From assembly GCA_002269645.1 (NCBI GenBank), contig NIVC01002960.1, forward strand, positions 1 through 64,000: a stretch of 64,000 nt of DNA, read 5' to 3'. The DNA is from Macrostomum lignano. Its lineage: Eukaryota. Each line of letters begins with the position of its first letter. Position 1 is the stretch's first letter. Below the pieces are notes generated by a model, which searched no databases, was not told the DNA's origin, and was given only the letters and a program-made list of their open reading frames with translations. The position numbers were made by a program, and so were the translations under genes. Positions 1 to 9,981 of this stretch are shown piece after piece.

Positions 1-425
1 TACCAGAATATCTCCCCTCGCCCTACCAGAATATCTCTCCTCACCCTACCAGAATATCTCTCCTCACTCAACAGAATATCTCTCCTCACCCTACCAGAAT
101 ATCTCTCCTCACTCTAACAGAATATCTCCCCTCACCCTACTAGAATATTTCCCTTTACCCTACCAGAGTATCTCCATTCACCCTACCAGAATATCTCCCT
201 CACCCTACCAGAATATCTCCATTCACCCTACCAGAATATCTCCCTCACCCTACCAGAAAATCTCCCTCACCCTACCGGAATATCTCCATTCACCCTACCA
301 GAATATCTCCATTCACCCTACCAGAAATCTCCATTCACACTACCAGAATATCTCCCTCACCCTACTAGAATATCTCCCCTCACCCTACCAGAATATCTCC
401 CCTCACCCTACCAGAATGTCCCCTC
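1..425. repeat. Minisatellite, ~22-23-bp unit CCCTACCAGAATATCTCC(C/A)(C/T)TCA, truncated by window start
   Basis: About 19 imperfect tandem copies read directly from the sequence. Confidence 0.95.
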
Positions 426-1368
426 ACTCCAATCTTCAATTTAGACTTCAAATCGCAGCCTCTCACAGCTCTGGAAGATTTGATTTCATTTGCTTGAAAT
501 TTTACCTGAATAAAAGTCCACCCAATCAGCCATCAACGAGCCAGTGTGAAATCTGTCCACACTAAGTGGATCTGCAGGCCATCCCAGCCTGGGCTGGGAT
601 TTTCTTCCCTCTCCAAGTCCACCAGCTGTTGCAGCCAGCCAGAGCAGGACAGGCACTTTCCACCAAGAGTTGCTGTGTCCACAGCCCTTTCCCACTGTGA
701 GGGGCAGAGAGTTTAAAGCCGGAATGAGGAGCTGGTGGCGGCCACCTCAGGTCCGCCCGAGTCAAATTTCCAGCCCGTTCCGCTGTGTTTTCAATTTTCT
801 GGAGCAGAGCTGCCCCGGAATCTCAGCCTCCCGCCTCCTTCGCCACTTTTCTCCTCAACACTCCGCGGCCTTCCTCATCATCCCGCCAAGAGATCCCATC
901 GGCAGTCGAGGCGGGGAGAAAGCCAGCGAGTGCAAATCCCCAAAGCTCTCCAGTCAAGACTCAGCCCCAGGAGCCGGTGGGGCTCGTTATTTTCCATCCC
1001 CGAAGATGTGAGGATCTCAACTTCAAAGAGGCGGACATCAAAAGCCGGGGCCCCGCAGGTGGATTAGGCCTGGGGATTATTATCCCCTCACAGCAAATAA
1101 TTCCAAATTAAAGTTTAACAAAAAGTCAGGATTTTTAGAGCAGAGTTAGTTGTTCTATATATATATATAAAGCTGCAATACTTTGTCATTGCTGGATCCT
1201 TCCCAAATTTGCGGTGCGGTATGCGTTTGCTAGGGTGCGCACAGGCCATATTTATAACAGAGACTAGCGATATGGGAGCAGTGAGCGGCAGGTGAGTGAG
1301 ACAGCGGCAGGGAGCGGCTGTGCAGATGAGGGCAGCAGGAGGGGTGAGGATGGGGCTGTCAGGGGCTG

Positions 1369-2439
1369 TCAGTAGGCGGCGGCGCTCATGGGGACCAGCT
1401 GTGGCTGACAGCGGACTGGGCCGCTGCTGCCGCCAGTCCTGAGCAGGTCATTGAGGTCGAACTGCGGCGAGGCCGGCTGGTTGAAGGACTGCAGCGGCAG
1501 GCTGCCGTCCTCCGGCTCCGAGGGGCTCCGCTCGATGACGGCGATGTGCCAGAGGCGCAGGAACTGGCAGGGCGCCAGCGCGCCGATTGTGGTGATGTTG
1601 AGCAGCGCGGAGAAGTACACCACGGCAGCCTTGATGATGAAGCCGTAGGGCAGCTTCTGGGTCGTCTTCTCCCGGCCGAGGACGGCCTCCAGTTCGAGGT
1701 TCTCAGTGTACGCGGCGGTGCCGGAACTGAGCAGGGCGAAGGCGGCGAGCAGCAGGCAGGCGATGGTGCTGCCCTGGTGCACGGTGAGCTTCAGGTTGAG
1801 CACCATGGTGAGGCCGAGCGCGAGCCCCAGCACCCCCATGTGCAGCCCGCCGGCGAAGTTGGTCTTCTTGTTGACGGAGAGCAGCACCCCGGAGGCGAAG
1901 GAGCTGAGGCTGGCGATGGAGGTGGTGATGATGACTGCGGTGCACACCACCACAGGCAGGCGGAAGTTCTCAAAGCGGCAGACGACGTAGTCGCGGTAGC
2001 GGTGGATCCGCCTGGTCAGCGCGATGCAGAGGCACACGGAGCTCACCGTGTTCACGAAGTTCATGAGGATCTTGGCGAAGTTGTCAATGGAGGAGCGGGC
2101 GTCGCTCCAGGTCTCCTTGGTCTCCAGGGCGCCCACCGTCAGGCAGATGGCGGACAGGATGGCCAGCGCGGAGGAGAACAGCAGGTTGCTGATGATGGAC
2201 TTCTTGCGGATGCGGATAGTGGACACGATGACGCCCAGGAAGCCGACCAGGATGGACAGCAGTCCGCACAGGAACTGCAGCACCGAGAAGAAGGTGGTGA
2301 ACCGCGTGTGGTTCTGGCGCACCAGCAGCTCCGGCAGCTGGCAGATGTTCATCCCGTTCAGGATGGAGCCAGTGGCGAGCACGGTGCCTGAGGTCAGCAG
2401 GCCGGGAAGGTCCAGGAACTGCCCTGGCAGCGCCTGCAT
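1369..2439 (-). CDS. Intronless 356-aa polytopic membrane protein (~8 TM helices), family unassigned
   Basis: Long ORF with strong C/G third-position bias, good start context (gccATG), eight hydrophobic segments and a polar C-terminal tail; the overlapping + strand ORFs are its antisense shadow. Confidence 0.8.
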   Translation of the reverse strand: MQALPGQFLDLPGLLTSGTVLATGSILNGMNICQLPELLVRQNHTRFTTFFSVLQFLCGLLSILVGFLGVIVSTIRIRKKSIISNLLFSSALAILSAICLTVGALETKETWSDARSSIDNFAKILMNFVNTVSSVCLCIALTRRIHRYRDYVVCRFENFRLPVVVCTAVIITTSIASLSSFASGVLLSVNKKTNFAGGLHMGVLGLALGLTMVLNLKLTVHQGSTIACLLLAAFALLSSGTAAYTENLELEAVLGREKTTQKLPYGFIIKAAVVYFSALLNITTIGALAPCQFLRLWHIAVIERSPSEPEDGSLPLQSFNQPASPQFDLNDLLRTGGSSGPVRCQPQLVPMSAAAY

Positions 2440-3267
2440 GGCTGCGGCTTGAGGCGTCGCCCGGCCGTGGTCACGTGATCATCCGGGCCTGCGGCTCCAT
2501 GCGCGGCCGAGTTCGCTGCTACCTGCAGCTGCGGCGAGTTGGTTGAGGCTGGCGCGACTCGGGCTGGAAAAAGTGTGCCGCGCGCTGAGCTGCGAGCTGC
2601 CGGGGTCAGGGAAGCTCAACCGGCCGCCTCCTCACGCACCGGGACTTTGTGAGCCCTGCCCCCCCCTGCCCGGCCTCTGCCATCCCCCAGCCTCTCTCCT
2701 CCTCGCCTCCCCTCCGCTCCGCTCCTGTCCTCGCGCGGTAATCTTGATGGCCTGCCAGATCGATACCGCAGCGTCCCCCCCTCAGCCTCACCTCCCCGCT
2801 GCCGGGCGGGCTGAGTAAGTACTCTCCGCCGCCCTGCCCCTCCGCATGCGCAACCTCAGCTCTGCGTCCGTTAGATAGGGGGGGGGCCGGCTGCAGGAGA
2901 GAGGTGGGCAGAGAGAGGAGAGCTGCCGGCCCTGTCTCTCCCGGGGAGGACAGGGGATGCTTGCAGCAGCTGCAGGCCGCAAGGTGACGGCCGGCCCAGA
3001 TTGGGGCAAAAAACTCCGCGAAGGCCGAAGCCCCGCAGCGGTCGGTGGCCACTCATTGCCGTCGCCTCGCTTCCTCTAGGAGCAGCAGCGGCTCTCAGTC
3101 AGCTTTTGCTGCTTCCGATCGGCAGACAGCCCCCCTCACTCTCTCCTCCGTGTTTGCTGCGAAACACACACTCAGATAAACTGACCCGGCCCCGTGTTTC
3201 ACCAGCTAGGGATCGGGTGCCTTCAGCTCCTTGCTCGCGTGTTGGCGGATTGGGATAATACCCTAAA

Positions 3268-4035
3268 TAGACTGGCTTAATTCCCACAGACTTGGTTAAT
3301 TCCCGTCAGACTTGGTTAATTCCCCTCAGACTTGGTTAATTCCCCTCAGACTGGGTTAATTCCCCTCAGACTGGGTTAATTCCCCACAGACTGGGCTAAT
3401 TCCCCTTAGACTGGGTTAATTCCCCTCAGACTGGGTTAATTCCCCACAGACTGGGTTAATTCCCGAAAGACTGGGTTAATTCCCCGAAAGACTGGGTTAA
3501 TTCCCCGAAAGACTGGGTTAATTCCCCGAAAGACTGGGTTAATTCCCCGAAAGACTGGGTTAATTCCCCGAAAGACTGGGTTAATTCCCCGAAAGACTGG
3601 GTTAATTCCCCGAAAGACTGGGTTAATTCCCCGAAAGACTGGGTTAATTCCCCGAAAGACTGGGTTAATTCCCGAAAGACTGGGTTAATTCCCCGTCAGA
3701 CTTGGTTAATTCCCCTTAGACTGGTTAATTCCCCTCAGACTGGGTTAATTTCCCGACAGACTTGGTTAATTCCCCACAGACTGGGTTAATTCCCCACAGA
3801 CTGGGTTAATTCCCCGTCAGACTTGGTTAATTCCCCTTAGACTGGTTAATTCCCCTCAGACTGGGTTAATTTCCCGACAGACTTGGTTAATTCCCCACAG
3901 ACTGGTTAATTCCCCTCAGACTGGGTTAATTTCCCGACAGACTTGGTTAATTCCCCACAGACTGGGTTAATCCCACAGATTGGGTTAATTCCCCACAGAC
4001 TGGGTTAATCCCCACAGATTGGGTTAATTCCCACA
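3268..4035. repeat. Minisatellite, 19-21-bp unit AGACTGGGTTAATTCCCC(GAA/AC/TC)
   Basis: About 38 tandem copies, with a homogeneous 21-bp block near 3470-3680. Confidence 0.95.
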
Positions 4036-4243
4036 AACGGTTACTGTTGTACTTTGGCTTTAAGCCTTCAATGTATGCATGGCTCATTGACGCTGAGCTT
4101 AGCTCTCAATTCATTTTATTGTGTTCCTTTCTAGTTTGGTCCGTTCGAAATCTTCATATTAACATTTGCGCAGTCACATAAATAAATGTCTATGGGGAGC
4201 TTTTGTTTCACCCACAACAGCTACTTCATCGGTTCCCCTAAGA

Positions 4244-4370
4244 GCTGTGCACCCGGTGTGAGCGTGTGTTTGAGTGCGGGACTGCGTACAGCCGAAGTCA
4301 GCGAAATGGGCAGAATTGCCTCGCCGATGGCTGCGGGACAATGTCCCCGAAGCGTTGCGCCAGGGTAGTC
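4244..4370 (+). mobile_element. Diverged partial copy of the dispersed structured repeat (also at 6.0, 13.6 and 46.6 kb)
   Basis: GCTGTGCAC..GTGTGAGCGTGTG..GACTGCGTAC..GAAGTCAGCGAAATGGGCAG aligns to the reverse complement of the 13.6-kb and 46.6-kb copies. Confidence 0.6.
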
Positions 4371-4811
4371 GCAGTCCTCCTGCGATTATTGATTTATTAC
4401 AGTGGAGCTGCCAGCTCTGCCAAGTGCTCAAACTTTAACTTGAGCTTTTGTACTCAGCCTTCACTGCACGGTGTCAATTCGAAAAGTTGGCTATCAGAGC
4501 CTGGCTGCAGGCGGCCCTACATTTTAATAATTCACGACCCGAGTGTGAAAGACAGTCCCCGGGCAAGTGGGCGGCAGACCAACTCTGAAACCTCGGGCAT
4601 CAGCCCGGCGCCCGAGGCCATGGACACTCAAATTGCTTGCGACAGCTCGCCTCGCCTTGAGGGGACAGTCGGGTCGTCCTTGAACCTACAGGGGACTACC
4701 CTTTTTACAACTTGGATTCGAAGCCGAGGAGAGTTCAGATAAACTTATCTTTTACTGAGTAAAACTTCTAACGAGTTTTTGAGATTGTTTCACCAAATTA
4801 ATCTAAGAATC

Positions 4812-5218
4812 TAGCTGCTTCCACACCCAAATGCTTCCACCTCTAACTGCTTCCACACCCAACTGCTTCCACCTCTAACTGCTTCCACATCCAACTGCTT
4901 CCAGCTCTAGCTGCTTCCACACCCAAATGCTTCCACCTCTAACTGCTTCCACACCCAACTGCTTCCACCTCTAACTGCTTCCACATCCAACTGCTTCCAG
5001 CTCTAGCTGCTTCCACACCCAAATGCTTCCACCTCTAACTGCTTCCACACCCAACTGCTTCCACCTCTAACTGCTTCCACATCCAACTGCTTCCAGCTCT
5101 AGCTGCTTCCACACCCAACTGCTTCCACATCCAACTGCTTCCACCTCTAGCTGCTTCCACACCCAGCTGCTTCCACACCCAACTGCTTCCACCTCTAGCT
5201 GCTTCCACATCCAGCTGC
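4812..5218. repeat. Minisatellite of alternating 16-bp units CTGCTTCCACACCCAA / CTGCTTCCACCTCTAA
   Basis: About 25 tandem units seen directly. Confidence 0.95.
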
Positions 5219-5867
5219 TTACTTAGGCAGCATTCACAAAATTGCAGTAACAATGCGGAATAGATCGACTTTTTCTTGTCCAGTCCAAGGACCCCCAATG
5301 CGGCAGGGGTCCCTGACTTGGGCAATGGAAAGGAAGAGAGGCGCCGGTGGTGGAGATCCGCAGGGTAAGGCGATCTGGCGAATCAATTATTTAAGTTTTA
5401 TCCCGGCTGAATCCAAAAGGCTGCCATGAGGGGTGTCCAGCGCCCCCCCCCCCAAGTAATCCGCGGCTGAGTCCCACGGAGGGCCAAGCGAGAGGATCTG
5501 CCCCAGAATCGGAGGGGGACTCACTGTGTTCCACTTTTACTTTGCCTGAAAATCCGCTGGGAATTCGCTGCCCTAATCGGAAATTGCTGCTCTTTCGCCT
5601 GCCCAGCAACCAGCCGCCCCCCCCCCATCCTGGAGCGCTGCGGAGCATCCCGCCTATGCTGGGATTCAGGGGGACCCGCTGGGGACAGAAGTGGGGCGAG
5701 GGGGGCTCTGCAGACAGACAGGGAAATCTGCCGGCCACAAGGCCAGGCTGGAGATCGATGTCGCTCGCACCCTCCGCTCGGCATCAATGCGGCATTTTGC
5801 TGCAATCAGCGAGGGCCGGAGTTTTACAGGAGCAGCCTCGGAATCGGCACAAGATGCTCCGACTCTG

Positions 5868-6003
5868 ACCCTAACCCTAACCCTGTAACCCTAACTCTCC
5901 AACCATAGCCCTAACCCTAACCCTGTAACCCTGACTTTAACCATAGCCCTAACCCTAACCCTGTAACCCTGAGTCTTTAACCATAGCCCTAACTCTAACC
6001 CTA
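5868..6003. repeat. Degenerate interstitial telomere-like (CCCTAA)n tract
   Basis: CCCTAACCCTAACCCTGTAACCCT blocks repeated 3-4 times in a ~38-40-bp higher-order unit. Confidence 0.8.
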
Positions 6004-6017
6004 GATCGCTAACCACA

Positions 6018-6110
6018 GAGCCCCAAGGCGCACAGAAGTGCACCTCCCTGACGCTGAGAAAGTCAGGGCTGCTGTGCACCCTTGTGTGAGCGTGTACGTG
6101 TTCAGGGGTC
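6018..6110 (+). mobile_element. Partial copy of the dispersed structured repeat with nested stem-loop
   Basis: CCCCAAGGC..GAAGTGCAC..CCCTGAC..GTCAGGG..GTGCAC..GTGTGAG aligns to the reverse complement of 46620-46695. Confidence 0.65.
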
Positions 6111-6877
6111 GAATTAAGTCAGTCAGTCCTAGATTGTCGTTGTTTTCAAAGGTATTAAAAATTGTCAAGAGATCACAGGAGGCGGGTGACATGCACTTTG
6201 CGCAGACGCTCTCATTTATCAGAAGCAAGTGGATCGGTTTGATAAATTCTTCGCTAAAAAGGGGGGACAAAACATCGAGTCGATACATTCGGAAAAACTT
6301 TAATTCTCTAGCAATCAGTTTATTAGTAAATATTCGACTGCAGGCAGGTAGAAATGCAGGTTTCGCGGGCGGCTGCGCGGCCCTTATCGCTCTTTCATAG
6401 AAAGCCCGAGAGATAGGCGGGCCCGCCGAGTGTGAAGATAAAAAACACGCAAGGGCGTTTTTTTGGCGCAACGGCGCAGGTGAGAAGCGCGGTTTCCATG
6501 GCAACTGGGCCTCAATTTATCGCTGACGTCTTTGAGCCCGCGCAGTCATTCATAAAAGAGCGCCTCCCCAGAGACAGACAAGAGGCGGTTTGATTATCGG
6601 GGCACCCTTGCTTGTAGAAGAGCGAAATTTCTGCAACAGAAGACAGCACCGCCGGAATCTGCCAAACTTTTATTCTGATTCAGTCGCTGGTGAGCATTTG
6701 TTACCGCTGTTGGATGCTTTTAGCTCTGAGAATTGATCGAATGAAAATCAGTTTAAGTTTTTTTCGTTTCTTTACGACTTTATACTGATTCTGAAAGGCG
6801 CAGGATTGGGATTGGGAAAAAAGAAGCACCGGTTGTACGGTTGAAATCTAATAGGGAAATTAGAGCTGTTGGAAAAA

Positions 6878-9775
6878 AGACACCTGTCAGACATGGGGAG
6901 AGACACCTGTCAGACATGGGAAGAGACACCTGTCAGACATGGGAAGAGACACCTGTCAGACATGGGAGGAGACACCTGTCAGACATGGGAAGAGACACCT
7001 GTCAGACATGGGAGGAGACACCTGTCAGGCATGGGGAGAGACACCTGTCAGACATGGGGAGAGACACCTGTCAGACATAGGAAGAGACACCTGTCGGACA
7101 TGGGGAGAGACACCTGTCAAACATGGGAAGAGACACCTGTCAGACATGGGAAGAGACACCTGTCAGATATGGGAGGAGACACCTGTCAGGCATGGGAAGA
7201 GACACCTGTCAGACATGGGAAGAGACACCTGTCAGACATGGGGAGAGATACCTGTCAGGCATGGGGAGAGATACCTGTCAGGCATGGGGAGATATACCTG
7301 TCAGACATGGGGGAGAGTTACCTGTCAGGCATGGGGAGAGATACCTGTCAGACATGGGGAGAGATACCTGTCAGGCATTGGGAGAGATACGTGTCAGACA
7401 TGGGGAGAGATACCTGTCAGACATGGGGAGATATACCTGCCAGACATGGGGAGAGACACCTGTCAGGCATGGGAAGAGACACCTGTCAGGCATGGGGAGA
7501 GACACCTGTCAGACATGGGAAGAGACACCTGTCAGACATGGGAAGAGACACCTGTCAGACATGGGAGGAGACACCTGTCAGACATGGGAAGAGACACCTG
7601 TCAGACATGGGAGGAGACACCTGTCAGGCATGGGGAGAGACACCTGTCAGACATGGGGAGAGACACCTGTCAGACATAGGAAGAGACACCTGTCGGACAT
7701 GGGGAGAGACACCTGTCAAACATGGGAAGAGACACCTGTCAGACATGGGAAGAGACACCTGTCAGATATGGGAGGAGACACCTGTCAGGCATGGGAAGAG
7801 ACACCTGTCAGACATGGGAAGAGACACCTGTCAGACATGGGGAGAGATACCTGTCAGGCATGGGGAGAGATACCTGTCAGGCATGGGGAGATATACCTGT
7901 CAGACATGGGGGAGAGTTACCTGTCAGGCATGGGGAGAGATACCTGTCAGACATGGGGAGAGATACCTGTCAGGCATTGGGAGAGATACGTGTCAGACAT
8001 GGGGAGAGATACCTGTCAGACATGGGGAGATATACCTGCCAGACATGGGGAGAGACACCTGTCAGGCATGGGAAGAGACACCTGTCAGGCATGGGGAGAG
8101 ACACCTGTCAGACATGGGAAGAGACACCTGTCAGACATGGGAAGAGACACCTGTCAGACATGGGAGGAGACACCTGTCAGACATGGGAAGAGACACCTGT
8201 CAGACATGGGAGGAGACACCTGTCAGGCATGGGGAGAGACACCTGTCAGACATAGGAAGAGACACCTGTCGGACATGGGGAGAGACACCTGTCAAACATG
8301 GGAAGAGACACCTGTCAGACATGGGAAGAGACACCTGTCAGATATGGGAGGAGACACCTGTCAGGCATGGGAAGAGACACCTGTCAGACATGGGAAGAGA
8401 CACCTGTCAGACATGGGGAGAGATACCTGTCAGGCATGGGGAGAGATACCTGTCAGGCATGGGGAGATATACCTGTCAGACATGGGGGAGAGTTACCTGT
8501 CAGGCATGGGGAGAGATACCTGTCAGACATGGGGAGAGATACCTGTCAGGCATTGGGAGAGATACGTGTCAGACATGGGGAGAGATACCTGTCAGACATG
8601 GGGAGATATACCTGCCAGACATGGGGAGAGACACCTGTCAGGCATGGGAAGAGACACCTGTCAGGCATGGGGAGAGACACCTGTCAGACATGGGGAGAGA
8701 CACCTGTCAGACATATGAGAAGACACCTGTCAGATATGGGAAGAGACACCTGTCAGATATGGGAAGAGACACCTGTCAGATATGGGAAGAGACACCTGTC
8801 AGATATGGGAAGAGACACCTGTCAGATATGGGAGGAGACACCTGTCAGATATGGGAAGAGACACCTGTCAGATATGGGAAGAGACACCTATCAAACATGG
8901 GAAGAGACACCTGTCAGACATGGGGAGAGATACCTGTCAGACATGGGGAGAGATACCTGTCAGGCATGGGGGAGAGATACCTGTCAGACATGGGGAGAGA
9001 TACCTGTCAGGCATGGGAAGAGATACCTGTCAGGCATGGGGGAGAGATACCTGTCAGGCATGGGGAGATATACCTGCCAGACATGGGAAGATATACCTGC
9101 CAGACATGGGAAGATATACCTGCCAGACATGGGAAGATATACCTGTCAGGCATGGGGGAGAGATACCTGTCAGACATGGGGAGAGATACCTGTCAGACAT
9201 GGGGGGAGATACCTGTCAGACATGGGGAGAGACACCTGTCAGGCATGGGGAGAGATACCTGTCAGACATGGGGAGAGATACCTGTCAGGCATGGGGAGAG
9301 ATACCTGTCAGACATGGGGAGAGATACCTGTCAGACATGGAGGGAGATACCTGTCAGGCATGGGGGGAGATACCTGCCAGACATGGGGAGAGATACCTGT
9401 CAGACATGGGGAGAGATACCTGTCAGACATGGGGGAGAGATACCTGTCAGGCATGGGGAGAGATACCTGTCAGACATGGGGAGAGATACCTGTCAGACAT
9501 GGGGGGAGATACCTGTCAGACATGGGGGGAGATACCTGCCAGACATGGGGAGAGATACCTGTCAGGCATGGGGAGAGATACCTGTCAGACATGGGGAGAG
9601 ATACCTGTCAGACATGGGGGGAGATACCTGTCAGACATGGGGAGAGACACCTGTCAGACATGGGGAGAGATACCTGTCAGACATGGAGGGAGATACCTGT
9701 CAAGCATGGGGGGAGATACCTGCCAGACATGGGGAGAGATACCTGTCAGGCACGGGGAGAGATACCTGTCAGACG
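6878..9775. repeat. Large 2.9-kb minisatellite, 21-23-bp unit ACCTGTCAGACATGGG(G/A)AGAGA(C/T), with ~600-bp higher-order duplications
   Basis: More than 120 units. The diagnostic variant string CATAGGAAGAGACACCTGTCGGAC recurs at ~7075, ~7674 and ~8250. The 984-aa and other ORFs here are artefacts of a stop-free unit. Confidence 0.97.
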
Positions 9776-9981
9776 TGTTACACACCTGTTAGAAAACGTC
9801 AGCCCTTCAAAGCCACGCCATAGAAGGTGGGAATTTTCAGCGGAGGAGACTCAGCGGAGCATCTGCTCCTGCATTCCTCTTAGGAAACAAAAATAAAAAA
9901 AGAAATCGAACTCATATTTCAGACACAGCCTTCCGTTCTACTCGAATTTGCATCGCCCAGATCGCGCCGACTCGCTGAGCC

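Noticed and set aside
486-1111. Short ORFs and a possible donor near 505 as an additional gene
   Set aside because: No recognisable domain, stops in alternative frames, and no phase-consistent exon chain could be built
1451-2452. Several + strand ORFs (281 aa, 142 aa) over the membrane-protein gene
   Set aside because: Antisense shadows of a GC3-rich coding sequence, with no independent features
2468-2481. GTCACGTGAT E-box ~30 nt before the membrane-protein ATG
   Set aside because: A single short motif, the TSS is unknown, and the same word occurs in mucin coding sequence near 29320
3268-4035. CRISPR-like appearance of this and other short repeat arrays; NF-kB-like GGGTTAATTCCC
   Set aside because: Units are directly adjacent with no unique spacers, there are no cas genes, and the context is eukaryotic; the motif has six central bases and does not fit the kB consensus well
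6869-9896. 984-aa, 531-aa and 532-aa ORFs
   Set aside because: The repeat unit has no stop triplet in any + frame, and the same peptides appear in all three frames as unit lengths shift; this is a minisatellite artefact
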